Source of the DNA: Vulcanimicrobiota bacterium
GTDB taxonomy: Bacteria; Vulcanimicrobiota; Vulcanimicrobiia; Vulcanimicrobiales; Vulcanimicrobiaceae
Direction of reading: 5' to 3'
Length of the DNA stretch: 64,000 nucleotides
NCBI GenBank assembly: GCA_963733295.1
Contig: CAVTCS010000003.1
Coordinates: 2,080,001-2,144,000, forward strand
The position numbers and the translations under genes were made by a program. This document shows, piece after piece, positions 36,261 to 45,499 of this stretch (position 1 is the first letter of the stretch; each line of letters starts with the position of its first letter). The notes under the pieces are model-generated. The model ran no database searches and was not told where the DNA came from. It saw only the letters and a program-made list of their open reading frames with translations.

Positions 36261-37265
36261 ATGAGCTTCGTTCAAACCGCTCGCGGCGTCTCGGAAAAGC
36301 GGGCGCCGATCTGGCTCATGCGCCAAGCGGGGCGCTACCTGCCCGAGTACCTCGAGGTCAAAGCCAAGTCGTCGTTCCTCGAGATGACGCGCACGCCGGA
36401 GATCGCAGCCGAAATCACCCTCCAACCGCTGCACCGCTTTCCGCTCGACGCCGCGATCATCTTCAGCGATATCATGACGCCGCTCGAAGCGCTCGGCATC
36501 GAGATCGAATTCTCGCCCGGTCCATCCATTGCGGAACCGCTCCGTTCGCGCGGGCAAGTCGAGGCGCTCGCGCTGCGCGCTGAAATCGCGCCGTTCGTCG
36601 GCGATGCGCTGCGCATCGTCAAGGCCGCCCTGCCCCCGCAGATCGGCCTCATCGGCTTCGGCGGTACGCCGCTGACCCTAGCCGCCTATTTGATCGAAGG
36701 CGGCGGCAGCAAAGAATACGCGCGCTTTCGGGAAATCTTGCGCAGCGATCCCGGCCTGGTTCACCTGCTTCTCGAGAAGCTCACCGATCTCACGATTCGC
36801 TACTTGCGCATGCAGATCGCGGCCGGCGCCGATGCAGTCCAACTCTTCGATAGCTGGGCCGGTCTGCACGACGAACCGACGTATCGCGAATTCGGTCTTC
36901 CCTATCACAAGCGTATCATGGACGGCCTGGCCGGTTCCGGTGCCGCTCGAATGTTCTTCGCGCTCGGTGCCTCGCACCTGATGCGCGCCATTGCGGAGAT
37001 TCCGTGCGAAGTGGTCGGCGTCGACTGGCGTACCGATTTGAGCCTCGCGCGCGAGCAACTGCCCGGGCGCGCGCTGCAGGGCAACCTCGATCCGGCGATG
37101 CTGTTTGCAGGCAGCGAGATCCTCACCGCCGAGACGACGCGGATTCTCGAGGCGGGACTGGGCGGGGCCCACATCTTTAACCTCGGACACGGAATCTGGC
37201 CGAATACACCGCTCGATGCAGTAGCGCATTTGATCGAAACCGTCCATACTTACGAGCGACGATGA
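36261..37265 (+). CDS. hemE: Uroporphyrinogen decarboxylase
   Basis: Motifs PIWLMRQAGRYLPEY, IIFSDI, QLFDSW, LQGNLDP and HIFNLGHG. Confidence 0.97.
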   Translation: MSFVQTARGVSEKRAPIWLMRQAGRYLPEYLEVKAKSSFLEMTRTPEIAAEITLQPLHRFPLDAAIIFSDIMTPLEALGIEIEFSPGPSIAEPLRSRGQVEALALRAEIAPFVGDALRIVKAALPPQIGLIGFGGTPLTLAAYLIEGGGSKEYARFREILRSDPGLVHLLLEKLTDLTIRYLRMQIAAGADAVQLFDSWAGLHDEPTYREFGLPYHKRIMDGLAGSGAARMFFALGASHLMRAIAEIPCEVVGVDWRTDLSLAREQLPGRALQGNLDPAMLFAGSEILTAETTRILEAGLGGAHIFNLGHGIWPNTPLDAVAHLIETVHTYERR

Positions 37266-38284
37266 TCGACGAATTGTCCGAAGTGCGGCGCTCGGCGGCG
37301 CTGCTCGTTTCGCAGCTTCAGGAAAGCATTTGCGAGAGCGTGCTTTCCGTCGAGCGGAGAATCGCAGGACAATCCTCCAGCCGGCCTGCCGAGTTCCTTA
37401 TCGACGCTTGGGAGAGCGACGGCACGCACGGCGTTCTCGGCACTGGCTCTACGCGCGTTATCACCGACGGGGCGGTTTTTGAAAAGGGCGGGGTAAATAC
37501 ATCGGTCGTGACCGGCAAAAACCTTCCCCCGAGCGTCGTCGCGCAGCGGCCGGAGTTGAAGTCTCACGGCTTTTTCGCGACGGGCGTCAGCGTCGTGCTG
37601 CATCCGCGTAACCCGTACGCGCCGACGGCGCACTGCAATTACCGCTACTTCGAAGCGGAGGCGCCGGACGGATCGCGCAGCGCGTGGTGGTTCGGCGGAG
37701 GCGCCGACCTGACGCCGTACTATCCGTATCTCGACGACGTACGGCACTTTCACGGCACGCTGCGCGCCGCATGTGACCGCCACGACGCGCAGTTTTACCC
37801 GGCGTTCAAGGCCTGGTGCGACCGCTATTTCTTTCTCAAGCACCGCAACGAGACGCGCGGCGTGGGCGGAATCTTTTACGACTATCTCGATGCCGGCGGA
37901 TTCGGCGAATCGGACGATCGAACGCTCTTCGGCGTGAAAAAGACGTTCGAGGAGGTACGCGGTTTCATGGCTGACGCCGGCGGCGCGTTCGTCGATGCAT
38001 ACGTACCGCTCGTCGAACGGCACGCGCAGGAACCTTTCGGAGAGCGCGAACGCTCGTTTCAGTTGATGCGCCGCGGGCGCTACGTCGAATTCAACCTGAT
38101 CTACGACCGGGGCACGCACTTCGGTCTGCAGAGCGGCGGACGAACCGAATCCATCCTGATGTCGTTGCCCCCGCTCGTGCGCTGGCCATACGACGAGCAG
38201 CCCGAGCCCGGCAGCGCGGAGTCCCGGTTGACCGACTACCTGCGGCCGCGCGACTGGCTCGCCGAAAACCCGCCGTCACGATGA
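37262..38284 (+). CDS. hemF: Oxygen-dependent coproporphyrinogen III oxidase
   Basis: Motifs FEKGGVN, HPRNPYAPTAHCNYRYF, WWFGGGADLTP, RRGRYVEFNL and SILMSLPP. Confidence 0.96.
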   Translation: MIDELSEVRRSAALLVSQLQESICESVLSVERRIAGQSSSRPAEFLIDAWESDGTHGVLGTGSTRVITDGAVFEKGGVNTSVVTGKNLPPSVVAQRPELKSHGFFATGVSVVLHPRNPYAPTAHCNYRYFEAEAPDGSRSAWWFGGGADLTPYYPYLDDVRHFHGTLRAACDRHDAQFYPAFKAWCDRYFFLKHRNETRGVGGIFYDYLDAGGFGESDDRTLFGVKKTFEEVRGFMADAGGAFVDAYVPLVERHAQEPFGERERSFQLMRRGRYVEFNLIYDRGTHFGLQSGGRTESILMSLPPLVRWPYDEQPEPGSAESRLTDYLRPRDWLAENPPSR

Positions 38285-39300
38285 CGCGCCAAGCCATTCT
38301 GCTCGCCAATCTCGGCTCGCCGGCCTCAACCTCAGTTCCGGACGTGCGCCGCTATCTCGATCAGTTCCTGATGGATCCTGACGTCTTGGACATGCCGACG
38401 TTCGCGCGCGCGCTGCTCGTGCGCGGCTTGATCCTCAACACACGTCCGGCGAAGTCGGCCGAAGCGTACTCCAAGATCTGGACCGCCGAGGGCTCTCCGC
38501 TCATCGTCATCTCGCGCCGGACGCGCGCCGCGCTCGAGGCGAGCATGCAAGTGCCGGTCGGCCTCGCGATGCGCTACGGCGAACCGTCGATCGCACGCGG
38601 TCTCGAAGAGATCCTCCAGCGTGCGGGCGCGATCGACGAGCTGCTCGTCGTGCCGCTCTATCCGCAATATGCGATGGCCTCTACGAAAACGGTCGAGGTC
38701 GCCGTCGCGGCTGCGCTGACCGGGAAAGACGTCCCGTACCGTTTTGCCCCGCCGTTCTACAACGATCCGGGGTACTTGGATGCGCTGGCCGCGCGGACGC
38801 GCGCGGACCTTCCGGCCGACACCGAGTTTTTGCTCTTCAGCTATCACGGTATTCCGCAGCGTCACGTACGCAAGATGGACCCGACCGGCTCGCATTGTCT
38901 CCACTCCTTGGACTGCTGCACGACCCCGTCATTGGCGTGGGCAACCTGCTACCGTCATCAAGCCATCGCGACGACGGAAGGCGTGGCCCAGCGTCTGGGT
39001 CTCGGCAAGAACGCTTACGGACTCGCCTACCAATCGCGACTCGGCAGCGGCTGGCTGGAGCCGTTCACCGACAAAGAACTCGCCGCGCTTCCCGCTCGAG
39101 GCGTCAAGCGGCTCGCCGTCGTCTGCCCATCGTTCGTGGCCGATTGTCTCGAAACGCTCGAAGAAATCGACATGCGCGGACGAGAAACGTTCCTCGACGC
39201 CGGCGGAGAACAATTCGCCTACGTGCCGTGCCTCAACGACGATCCAGCCTGGATCGCCGCACTCGCAGGCTTTTGCCGGCTGCCGCCCGTACCTGCATGA
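38281..39300 (+). CDS. hemH: Ferrochelatase with an internal Cys-rich insert
   Basis: Motifs LANLGSP, PLYPQYA, FSYHGIP, YQSR, WLEP and FVADCLETLEEI. Confidence 0.96.
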   Translation: MTRQAILLANLGSPASTSVPDVRRYLDQFLMDPDVLDMPTFARALLVRGLILNTRPAKSAEAYSKIWTAEGSPLIVISRRTRAALEASMQVPVGLAMRYGEPSIARGLEEILQRAGAIDELLVVPLYPQYAMASTKTVEVAVAAALTGKDVPYRFAPPFYNDPGYLDALAARTRADLPADTEFLLFSYHGIPQRHVRKMDPTGSHCLHSLDCCTTPSLAWATCYRHQAIATTEGVAQRLGLGKNAYGLAYQSRLGSGWLEPFTDKELAALPARGVKRLAVVCPSFVADCLETLEEIDMRGRETFLDAGGEQFAYVPCLNDDPAWIAALAGFCRLPPVPA

Positions 39301-40643
39301 GCTCGATCGCGGTCGTAGGCGGCGGGATCGCCGGCCTAACCGCGGCTTACCGGTTGAGCGGCCTCCACGACGTCGCCGTGTACGAACGCGAGACGATCCC
39401 CGGCGGAAAGATCCGTTCGCAAAAGATCGACGGCTTTCTCTTCGAGTGGGGACCGGGCACGATTCTCTCGAGCGCCGATGAGTTGCAAGCGTTGATCGGC
39501 GAGATCGGCCTGAGCGACGCGCAGACACCGGCGCAAGCGGGCGCGAAGAAGCGCTTCATCTATTGGCACGGCGCGCTCCATCAGTTGCCAGCCAAACCAC
39601 CCCAAGTGCTGTCGATGACGATTCTGTCGCCGCTCGGGAAACTGCGCGCGCTCGCAGAGGTGTTCGTCGGCAAGGGTCCCGACGTCGATGACGAGAGCGT
39701 GTACGCATTCATGCAGCGGCGCTTCGGCAGAGAGGTCGCCGAGCGGCTCGTCGCGCCCGCGCTGCTCGGCATCAGCGGTGGTGACGCCGCGGATACGAGC
39801 TTGGCCGCGATCTTTCCGCGACTGCGAGCTGCCGAGACCGAGCACGGCTCCGTCATTCGCTACATGATGAAAGGTCCGCGGAAGACTTCGAATATGTGCA
39901 GCTTCGCCGGCGGCATGCAAACGCTCACGGATCGGCTCGCCGAGCGTTTAGGAGACCGGCTGCACGCAGGCGTTTCCGTGCAGGGTTTGAGACCGAGCGG
40001 ATCGGGTTGGCGAATCGTGCACGACGCCGGCGAGAGCATCGCGGATGCGGTGATCGTTGCGACGCCGGCCTACGCCGCGGCCGACTTAGTCGAGGGCTTT
40101 GACTCCGAGCTTGCCGGCCGGCTGCGCGAGATTCCGTACGCGCCGATGCGCGCGGCCGGAGTTGCGTTTCGCGCCGAAGACGTCCCCGTGCCACTCGACG
40201 GTTTCGGATTCTTGGCGGCGCGCAATCAAGGCGTGCGCATCTTGGGAGCATTCTATACGTCCTCGATCCTTCCGCAGCACGCTCCACCCGGAACCGCCTA
40301 TCTGCGCATCTTTCTGGGCGGCAGCACCGACCCCGAGATCGCGACGCTCGAGACCGATGCCGTCAGGTCGATCGTGCTCGCGGACCTCGCGACGGTTCTT
40401 GGAATTCGCGCGGAGCCCATCGCATATCACGAAGTGATCTGGCCGCAAGCCATACCGCAGTACAAACTTCCGCACCGTTCCCTCATCGCGGCAATCGAAA
40501 GGTTCGAGAGAAGTCATTCGGGATTCGCTTTAGCCGGCAACGCCTATCGCGGTCTTGGCGTCGGCGATGACGTGCGCGATGCGCTCGCCGTCGCGGCGCG
40601 AATCGGGCATTACGCCCAGGCGCCCGTCACCCAAAGCACCTGA
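39297..40643 (+). CDS. hemY: FAD-dependent protoporphyrinogen oxidase (HemY type)
   Basis: Motifs VVGGGIAGL, GGKIRS, FEWGP, GFGFL, AIPQY and GNAYRGLG. ATG overlaps the hemH stop. Confidence 0.93.
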   Translation: MSSIAVVGGGIAGLTAAYRLSGLHDVAVYERETIPGGKIRSQKIDGFLFEWGPGTILSSADELQALIGEIGLSDAQTPAQAGAKKRFIYWHGALHQLPAKPPQVLSMTILSPLGKLRALAEVFVGKGPDVDDESVYAFMQRRFGREVAERLVAPALLGISGGDAADTSLAAIFPRLRAAETEHGSVIRYMMKGPRKTSNMCSFAGGMQTLTDRLAERLGDRLHAGVSVQGLRPSGSGWRIVHDAGESIADAVIVATPAYAAADLVEGFDSELAGRLREIPYAPMRAAGVAFRAEDVPVPLDGFGFLAARNQGVRILGAFYTSSILPQHAPPGTAYLRIFLGGSTDPEIATLETDAVRSIVLADLATVLGIRAEPIAYHEVIWPQAIPQYKLPHRSLIAAIERFERSHSGFALAGNAYRGLGVGDDVRDALAVAARIGHYAQAPVTQST

Positions 40644-40660
40644 CGAAACGGTTCTCGCGC

Positions 40661-41335
40661 TTAGGGGCTGCTCGATGGATGCGGCGCAGCCGCAGCGGCT
40701 GCGGGCGGGTTAAGATGCGCGTCCGCGCTCGCCCGAAGCTGTGTCGCCATCTCGGTAAACTTCTGCTTTTGCCCTTCACCGTGCGGATTGCGCTCATCAG
40801 TGTAGGTCGTTCGCTGCACCTGGTATAAGGCTCCAGCGTCTACTGCATTGCTGAGCTGGTCTTCGGGACCTCCCCTTGCCTTCGTCGGATCGTTCGCGAT
40901 CGCGTGGATGCCATTCGAATGATCGGGCGGCTCTCCGCCCAGCATCGTGGCGATTGAATCGGCCTTTTTGTAGAGCGCGATGGACTGGTCACCCGTTGTC
41001 TTCGTCGCAGCGAGATACAGCGCCGATGCGCCCGCGAGCACGAGGTAGCGCTGTTTGTCGACGTCCGGATTCAACTTCGGCATGCGATAGCACGCCGCGA
41101 ACTGATTGGCGGCCGCGATGGCATCGTCGGCCGAAATCGAGTCGGTCCCCTGCGCCGCCTTGTCTGCAAACGCCCTCGCATCCTTACACCGGTCGTCGAT
41201 GTTCGTGTGGTCGGGTAGCGCGAACACGACCTGGGGAGAGAACTCCGAAGTAGTAGCGGCTGCGCACGGCTGCATCGTGACGGCCAGCATGGCCAGCACC
41301 GGGCTCAGCGCTCGAAAGAATAGCTGTCGCCTCAT
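40661..41335 (-). CDS. Hypothetical secreted protein
   Basis: Signal-like N-terminus and a helical Ala-rich body with two Cys. Confidence 0.65.
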   Translation of the reverse strand: MRRQLFFRALSPVLAMLAVTMQPCAAATTSEFSPQVVFALPDHTNIDDRCKDARAFADKAAQGTDSISADDAIAAANQFAACYRMPKLNPDVDKQRYLVLAGASALYLAATKTTGDQSIALYKKADSIATMLGGEPPDHSNGIHAIANDPTKARGGPEDQLSNAVDAGALYQVQRTTYTDERNPHGEGQKQKFTEMATQLRASADAHLNPPAAAAAAPHPSSSP

Positions 41336-41399
41336 GCCGCAGGCGTTAGGGAGGCCGGGCGATCCTCCTTCTTGCTCTGCTTGGGCAGCGCCGGGCCGG

Positions 41400-42275
41400 T
41401 CAGGGCGCGAAGGATTTCAAAAAGCTCGTCGGGCTCCGCGCGAAAGCGTCGTCTGGAACAAAAAAGTCGGGATAGTAGGGGCCGTCGCTCGGACCGGCGG
41501 CATACTTCGAGAAATCGGTGACGCCCTCGGCTCGCAAGACCTCCTCGTCGATAAAGAAGTTACCGCTGCACTCGCGCGAGGGCCGGCACAAGATGACGTA
41601 TGCCGCATCTGCCACGATCTCCGGCGTACGGCTCGCATCCGTCATCCGGCGTCCGCCGAGAACGTTGCGCACGGCAGCCGTGTCGATCGTCGTAAGCGGC
41701 CAGAGGGAATTCACTGCGATGCCGTCCAGACGAAATTCCTCGGCCATGCCGAGCGTGCACATCGACATACCGAACTTTGCGATCGTGTACGCCACGTGCG
41801 GAGCGAACCACTTGGCCCGCATGTCGAGCGGGGGCGACAGCGTGAGGATGTGCGGGTTCGACGACTCCTTCAAATACGGCAGCGTCGCTTGAGAACAGAC
41901 GAAGGTGCCGCGTGCGTTGATCGACTGCATGAGATCGTAGCGCTTCATGTCGGTCCCGGGGGTGGGCGTGAGCGAGATGGCGCTTGCGTTGTTGACGCAA
42001 ACGTCGATGCCGCCGAAGCGCTCCGCGGTTTGCGCTGCCGCCGCGCGAACCTGCTCTTCGAAACGTATATCGCAGGCGATGGCTAGCGCGGTTCCGCCGA
42101 CCGCCTCGATCTCAGCCGCCGCCGTGTAGATGGTTCCTGGAAGTTTCGGATGCGGTTTCGTCGTCTTGGCCACGATGGCGACGTTCGCACCGTCACGAGC
42201 GGCACGCAGCGCGATCGCAAGGCCGATGCCTCGGCTCGCGCCGCTTAGGAAAACCGTTTTGCCTTGCAAACTCAT
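41400..42275 (-). CDS. SDR oxidoreductase (HSDL2-like)
   Basis: Motifs SGASRGIG, KTTKPHPKLPGTI, NNASAI, YTIAK and NSLWP. Confidence 0.92.
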   Translation of the reverse strand: MSLQGKTVFLSGASRGIGLAIALRAARDGANVAIVAKTTKPHPKLPGTIYTAAAEIEAVGGTALAIACDIRFEEQVRAAAAQTAERFGGIDVCVNNASAISLTPTPGTDMKRYDLMQSINARGTFVCSQATLPYLKESSNPHILTLSPPLDMRAKWFAPHVAYTIAKFGMSMCTLGMAEEFRLDGIAVNSLWPLTTIDTAAVRNVLGGRRMTDASRTPEIVADAAYVILCRPSRECSGNFFIDEEVLRAEGVTDFSKYAAGPSDGPYYPDFFVPDDAFARSPTSFLKSFAP

Positions 42276-42374
42276 CCGGTTTCATAACTGCAATCGACGC
42301 TCGAATGCCTGCGTCTCAACGCAACGCGTCAACTCCGGGACGGGGTTCCCCCGCCTCCGCCGAAGGGACGCACC

Positions 42375-42581
42375 ATGAAGATCAGTGCACGCAATCAACT
42401 CGCGGGCGTCGTCCGGACGGTCCGCAAAGGCGCCGTCATGGCCGAGGTCGTGGTCGACGTGAAGGCAGGTCCTATCACCGCCGCGATCACCGCCGGCTCC
42501 GTGGACGACCTAAAGCTCGGCGAAGGCGATCAGGTCACCGTCATCATCAAAGCCACCGAGGTGATCGTCGGCAAAGGCTGA
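42375..42581 (+). CDS. Molbindin / TOBE-domain molybdate-binding protein
   Basis: MKISARNQLAG...ITAGSVDDLKL..G......IKATEV, the Mop signature. Confidence 0.93.
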   Translation: MKISARNQLAGVVRTVRKGAVMAEVVVDVKAGPITAAITAGSVDDLKLGEGDQVTVIIKATEVIVGKG

Positions 42582-42615
42582 CCGAACGCGCTCGGGATGG
42601 AGTCCGGGCGGCCCG

Positions 42616-43554
42616 CTACTCGTGGCTCTGCGGCGGGTTACCCTTGAGGCGATAGACGAGACCGGTCTTTGTGGTGCCGAGCAACAGCCAGCCGCGCGCA
42701 ATCTGCTGCAGCCGAATGAACAGCTCTTCTACGCGCTGTTTGACCAGTTCGTGCACGTCCTCACGACGCTCGAACTTCGTTTGGTAGGCAAATTCTCCGC
42801 ACATGACGTGATGATCGCCGAGCGATCGCCACAGTGAGACGTTCGCTTTCGACGTGATGCCTTTCCCAAAATCGAGCGTGCCGAGGTCCATGAGGACTTC
42901 CTCGACGAGGGTCGAGTTCACCAGCTCGACGCTGCCCTCCATGCTGCCGATGAGTCCGGCGACCGCGGGAAGAATGCGCGCGATCGTCTTGAGGTTCGTG
43001 CGATCGCCCTCGCGCACGGAACTGATCGGAAATATGCAATTGTGCGAATAGAGCAGGCGGTAACCGCCAGTTTCGTCCTTCAGCGGTAGCGCTTCGGACT
43101 TGAACTTGACGCGAAACGGTCCCGCGATCTTCGGCCGGACATCAATTGCCGCCGCCGTCTGCATGTCGGGATTGCGAAACTTGAAAACGACCTCGGGATC
43201 CCCGATGGGGAACCCGTCTTGATACGCGATGCGACGTCGCAGGATAAACGAGTTGTTGTAAAGCCTGAAGTCCGCAGTATCGAGGAACATCACCTCGCGG
43301 ATCTTCGGCCTTGCAACCTTCAGATCGAACTCGGCGTAGTTGACGCCCTTCACTTTGCCGGCTGCCTCGGCAACGAGGCTGCTAAAGATTTGGAAACCTC
43401 GTACCGAATCAAAGAAATCCGGCTTCAAAATAAGCTTCGCGTCGAAAAACTGGATCTTGTCGTGCGGATTGCCGTCGGCGTAGGTCTGAACGCCGTTGCT
43501 TTGAATTTCGGACGCCGCGTCACGTTTCGCGACGTTGGCAGATTTTGTCGTCAT
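42616..43554 (-). CDS. Uncharacterised protein, CYTH/VTC-like
   Basis: Motifs DAKLILK, FLDTADFRLY, FILRRR, VFKFR and GEFAY. Confidence 0.6.
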   Translation of the reverse strand: MTTKSANVAKRDAASEIQSNGVQTYADGNPHDKIQFFDAKLILKPDFFDSVRGFQIFSSLVAEAAGKVKGVNYAEFDLKVARPKIREVMFLDTADFRLYNNSFILRRRIAYQDGFPIGDPEVVFKFRNPDMQTAAAIDVRPKIAGPFRVKFKSEALPLKDETGGYRLLYSHNCIFPISSVREGDRTNLKTIARILPAVAGLIGSMEGSVELVNSTLVEEVLMDLGTLDFGKGITSKANVSLWRSLGDHHVMCGEFAYQTKFERREDVHELVKQRVEELFIRLQQIARGWLLLGTTKTGLVYRLKGNPPQSHE

Positions 43555-43627
43555 TGTGGAACTCCCGCCCTTGCAGCGCGAAGCGCGCGCCAAGCGCCTT
43601 TCGCCCTTCCCTTTTTCGAACCCGCCT

Positions 43628-44191
43628 TCATTTCGCCTCGCCGCCCGGTGTCGCCGCAGCCGGTTCGTCATCGATCTGAACCGCTAGGTACGTCACGATG
43701 TCCCAAGCGTTGCGAATGCCGATGAAAATGAGTAACAAAACGCTGCCCGCAAGCGCGAATGGCGCCGCGACGGGAAAGGCGGGGAGCGCGATTCCGCCTG
43801 CGAGGATCGCGCCGTACGCGAGGAACGGGGCGATCGTGTACCAGATCCAATCCTCGAGGTCCGGCGTGTAAAGGGTCAGCCGCCTAGCCCGAACGGTCAC
43901 GCGCAACAGGTACAGGACGCCGTAAAGACCGGCGAACCCGACCACGTCGCCGGCGCTACGCAACGAGTGCCAGGGCGCGCAAAGAATCGCGGAGACGAGC
44001 AGCGCGGCTGCAAAGTGCAGGACTGTCGGCGAGCTGAAGGTCGCCATTCCCTCGTGGCTCGGCTGCGAGCGCTCGAGGCCGGCCACAAGCGTGATCACGA
44101 CGAACATCAAGCCGGTCAACGCCGCGGCCGACGAGCCGGTCATAACGTAGAAGTTCGACCACGCGGTGAGGACCGCAGACGCGGGTTCCAT
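43628..44191 (-). CDS. Hypothetical integral membrane protein
   Basis: WSNFY..GSSAAALTGLMFV, about 5 TM segments, and GIRNAWD. Confidence 0.75.
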   Translation of the reverse strand: MEPASAVLTAWSNFYVMTGSSAAALTGLMFVVITLVAGLERSQPSHEGMATFSSPTVLHFAAALLVSAILCAPWHSLRSAGDVVGFAGLYGVLYLLRVTVRARRLTLYTPDLEDWIWYTIAPFLAYGAILAGGIALPAFPVAAPFALAGSVLLLIFIGIRNAWDIVTYLAVQIDDEPAAATPGGEAK

Positions 44192-44243
44192 GAGTGCTCG
44201 CTCCAATGTGGGTGGGCGTGACTCCTTCGCGGAGCGACCGCCC

Positions 44244-44560
44244 TCAGCTTCCGATCTGGGGAAAGATTACTTGCAGAGTCGAGACGAGCGTCAAGACGGT
44301 CACAACGACCGCGGTCGCCCACGCGATGACGTTAAAGCACAGATTGTTGGTCCAACGTCCCATCAGTCGCTTGCTATTGATCAAGAGCAACATGAGGACG
44401 AGGACTACCGGCAGCAACACGCCGTTGAGCACCTGGGAATAGAAGACGATCGCCAGAAGCGGGGCCCCGGGACGATAACGATTCCGGCTCCGACGGCGAT
44501 GAGCGCGAGGTACAGTCCGTAAAAGACCGGCGCCTCGCCGAAGCGCTGATCGACGCTTCG
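44244..44560 (-). pseudogene. C-terminal fragment of an NRAMP-family divalent-cation transporter
   Basis: SVDQRFGEAPVFYGLY..., then a frameshift at ~44465, then SQVLNGVLLP..LINSKRLMG..N. No N-terminal part is present. Confidence 0.7.
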
Positions 44561-44656
44561 TGCAGACGCCTCACCTAACGAGGAATCCTCAGCTAGGATA
44601 CACCCGATCGGCGTTTTGTCAACCGCTCGTCATAAATCCGCATGGTATACTGACGC

Positions 44657-45496
44657 ATGGCGCTCGGAGTTCGCGTTCTCGTGGCTTTGCTCTCGATCAC
44701 GTTTGCTTCGGGAGCGACGCCGGCAACGACGCGCGATCGCGATTCGCGGCCGCTCACCGCGAGCGAGACCGCGACATTCTTACCACTCGTTTGCGAGCAT
44801 CCACAGCCTGCGACTCCCCGTTCTGACGGAACCCAGTGCGCGCAGTTGATCGGCTATCCGGATCGGTCCCGTAGCGCGTCGAGCTTTGGTCTGTGGGCGA
44901 TCGTGTACGGTAGTTTTACGCGCTCGGGCTCCGACGAAGCGTATCTGACGTACTATTCGCAGACGGTCGAACCCCACGCTTACAATTTCGGCGGTGGCTT
45001 GCTCTTCGCGCGTGCTACCGGCGGATGGAAGCTCGTTCGCTGGTATCGCGGCGGGCAACTCGACCGCTGCACGCTCGTGCCGCACACGAGCCCTCTGCGT
45101 CTGCTCTGTGCGTCGGCCTTTAGCAACATGGGTGAATCGGACAGCCGAGTAGCGGTCCGGTCAATTCCGCCTTCGGGCGACAAACTCGATGAGCAAGTTC
45201 CGCTGCTGGAGGCCAGTGACACGAGCGGCACGAGCGCGGAAGCCGAAAAAGGCTGTTACGGCGGCGTACCCAAGGGTGAAGCGCGGCTTCTCTTCATCGA
45301 CTCGCCGAAAGCTTGGGATCAGTCGCCTTATTTCGCGAAGGCCGAACTGACCTACGAAACGGCTGAGGACATTGCCGCCGCGTGCGGCGCACAGTCCACC
45401 CGCAAGGTTCGTCAGACCAAAGCCTTCGCTCGATTCGCGGAACGGAACGGCACCGTAACGATCGTTACGCCGATCAAATTCGTCGAAGTTCGCTAG
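44657..45496 (+). CDS. Hypothetical secreted Cys-containing protein
   Basis: Signal peptide, 6 Cys, and motifs GSFT and EPHAYNFGG. Confidence 0.7.
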   Translation: MALGVRVLVALLSITFASGATPATTRDRDSRPLTASETATFLPLVCEHPQPATPRSDGTQCAQLIGYPDRSRSASSFGLWAIVYGSFTRSGSDEAYLTYYSQTVEPHAYNFGGGLLFARATGGWKLVRWYRGGQLDRCTLVPHTSPLRLLCASAFSNMGESDSRVAVRSIPPSGDKLDEQVPLLEASDTSGTSAEAEKGCYGGVPKGEARLLFIDSPKAWDQSPYFAKAELTYETAEDIAAACGAQSTRKVRQTKAFARFAERNGTVTIVTPIKFVEVR

Positions 45497-45499
45497 CCG

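Noticed and set aside
38895..39296. N-terminal extension of hemY (similarly argR from 15797, patatin from 31663, ppdK to 11357, GT2 to 31074)
   Set aside because: These extensions overlap neighbouring genes. Better starts exist with an RBS or stop-start coupling.
42345..42372. Moco riboswitch or ModE box before the Mop gene
   Set aside because: Only short ACTCCG/GCCTCC words and one small hairpin are present, too short for the motif. No ModE palindrome was seen.
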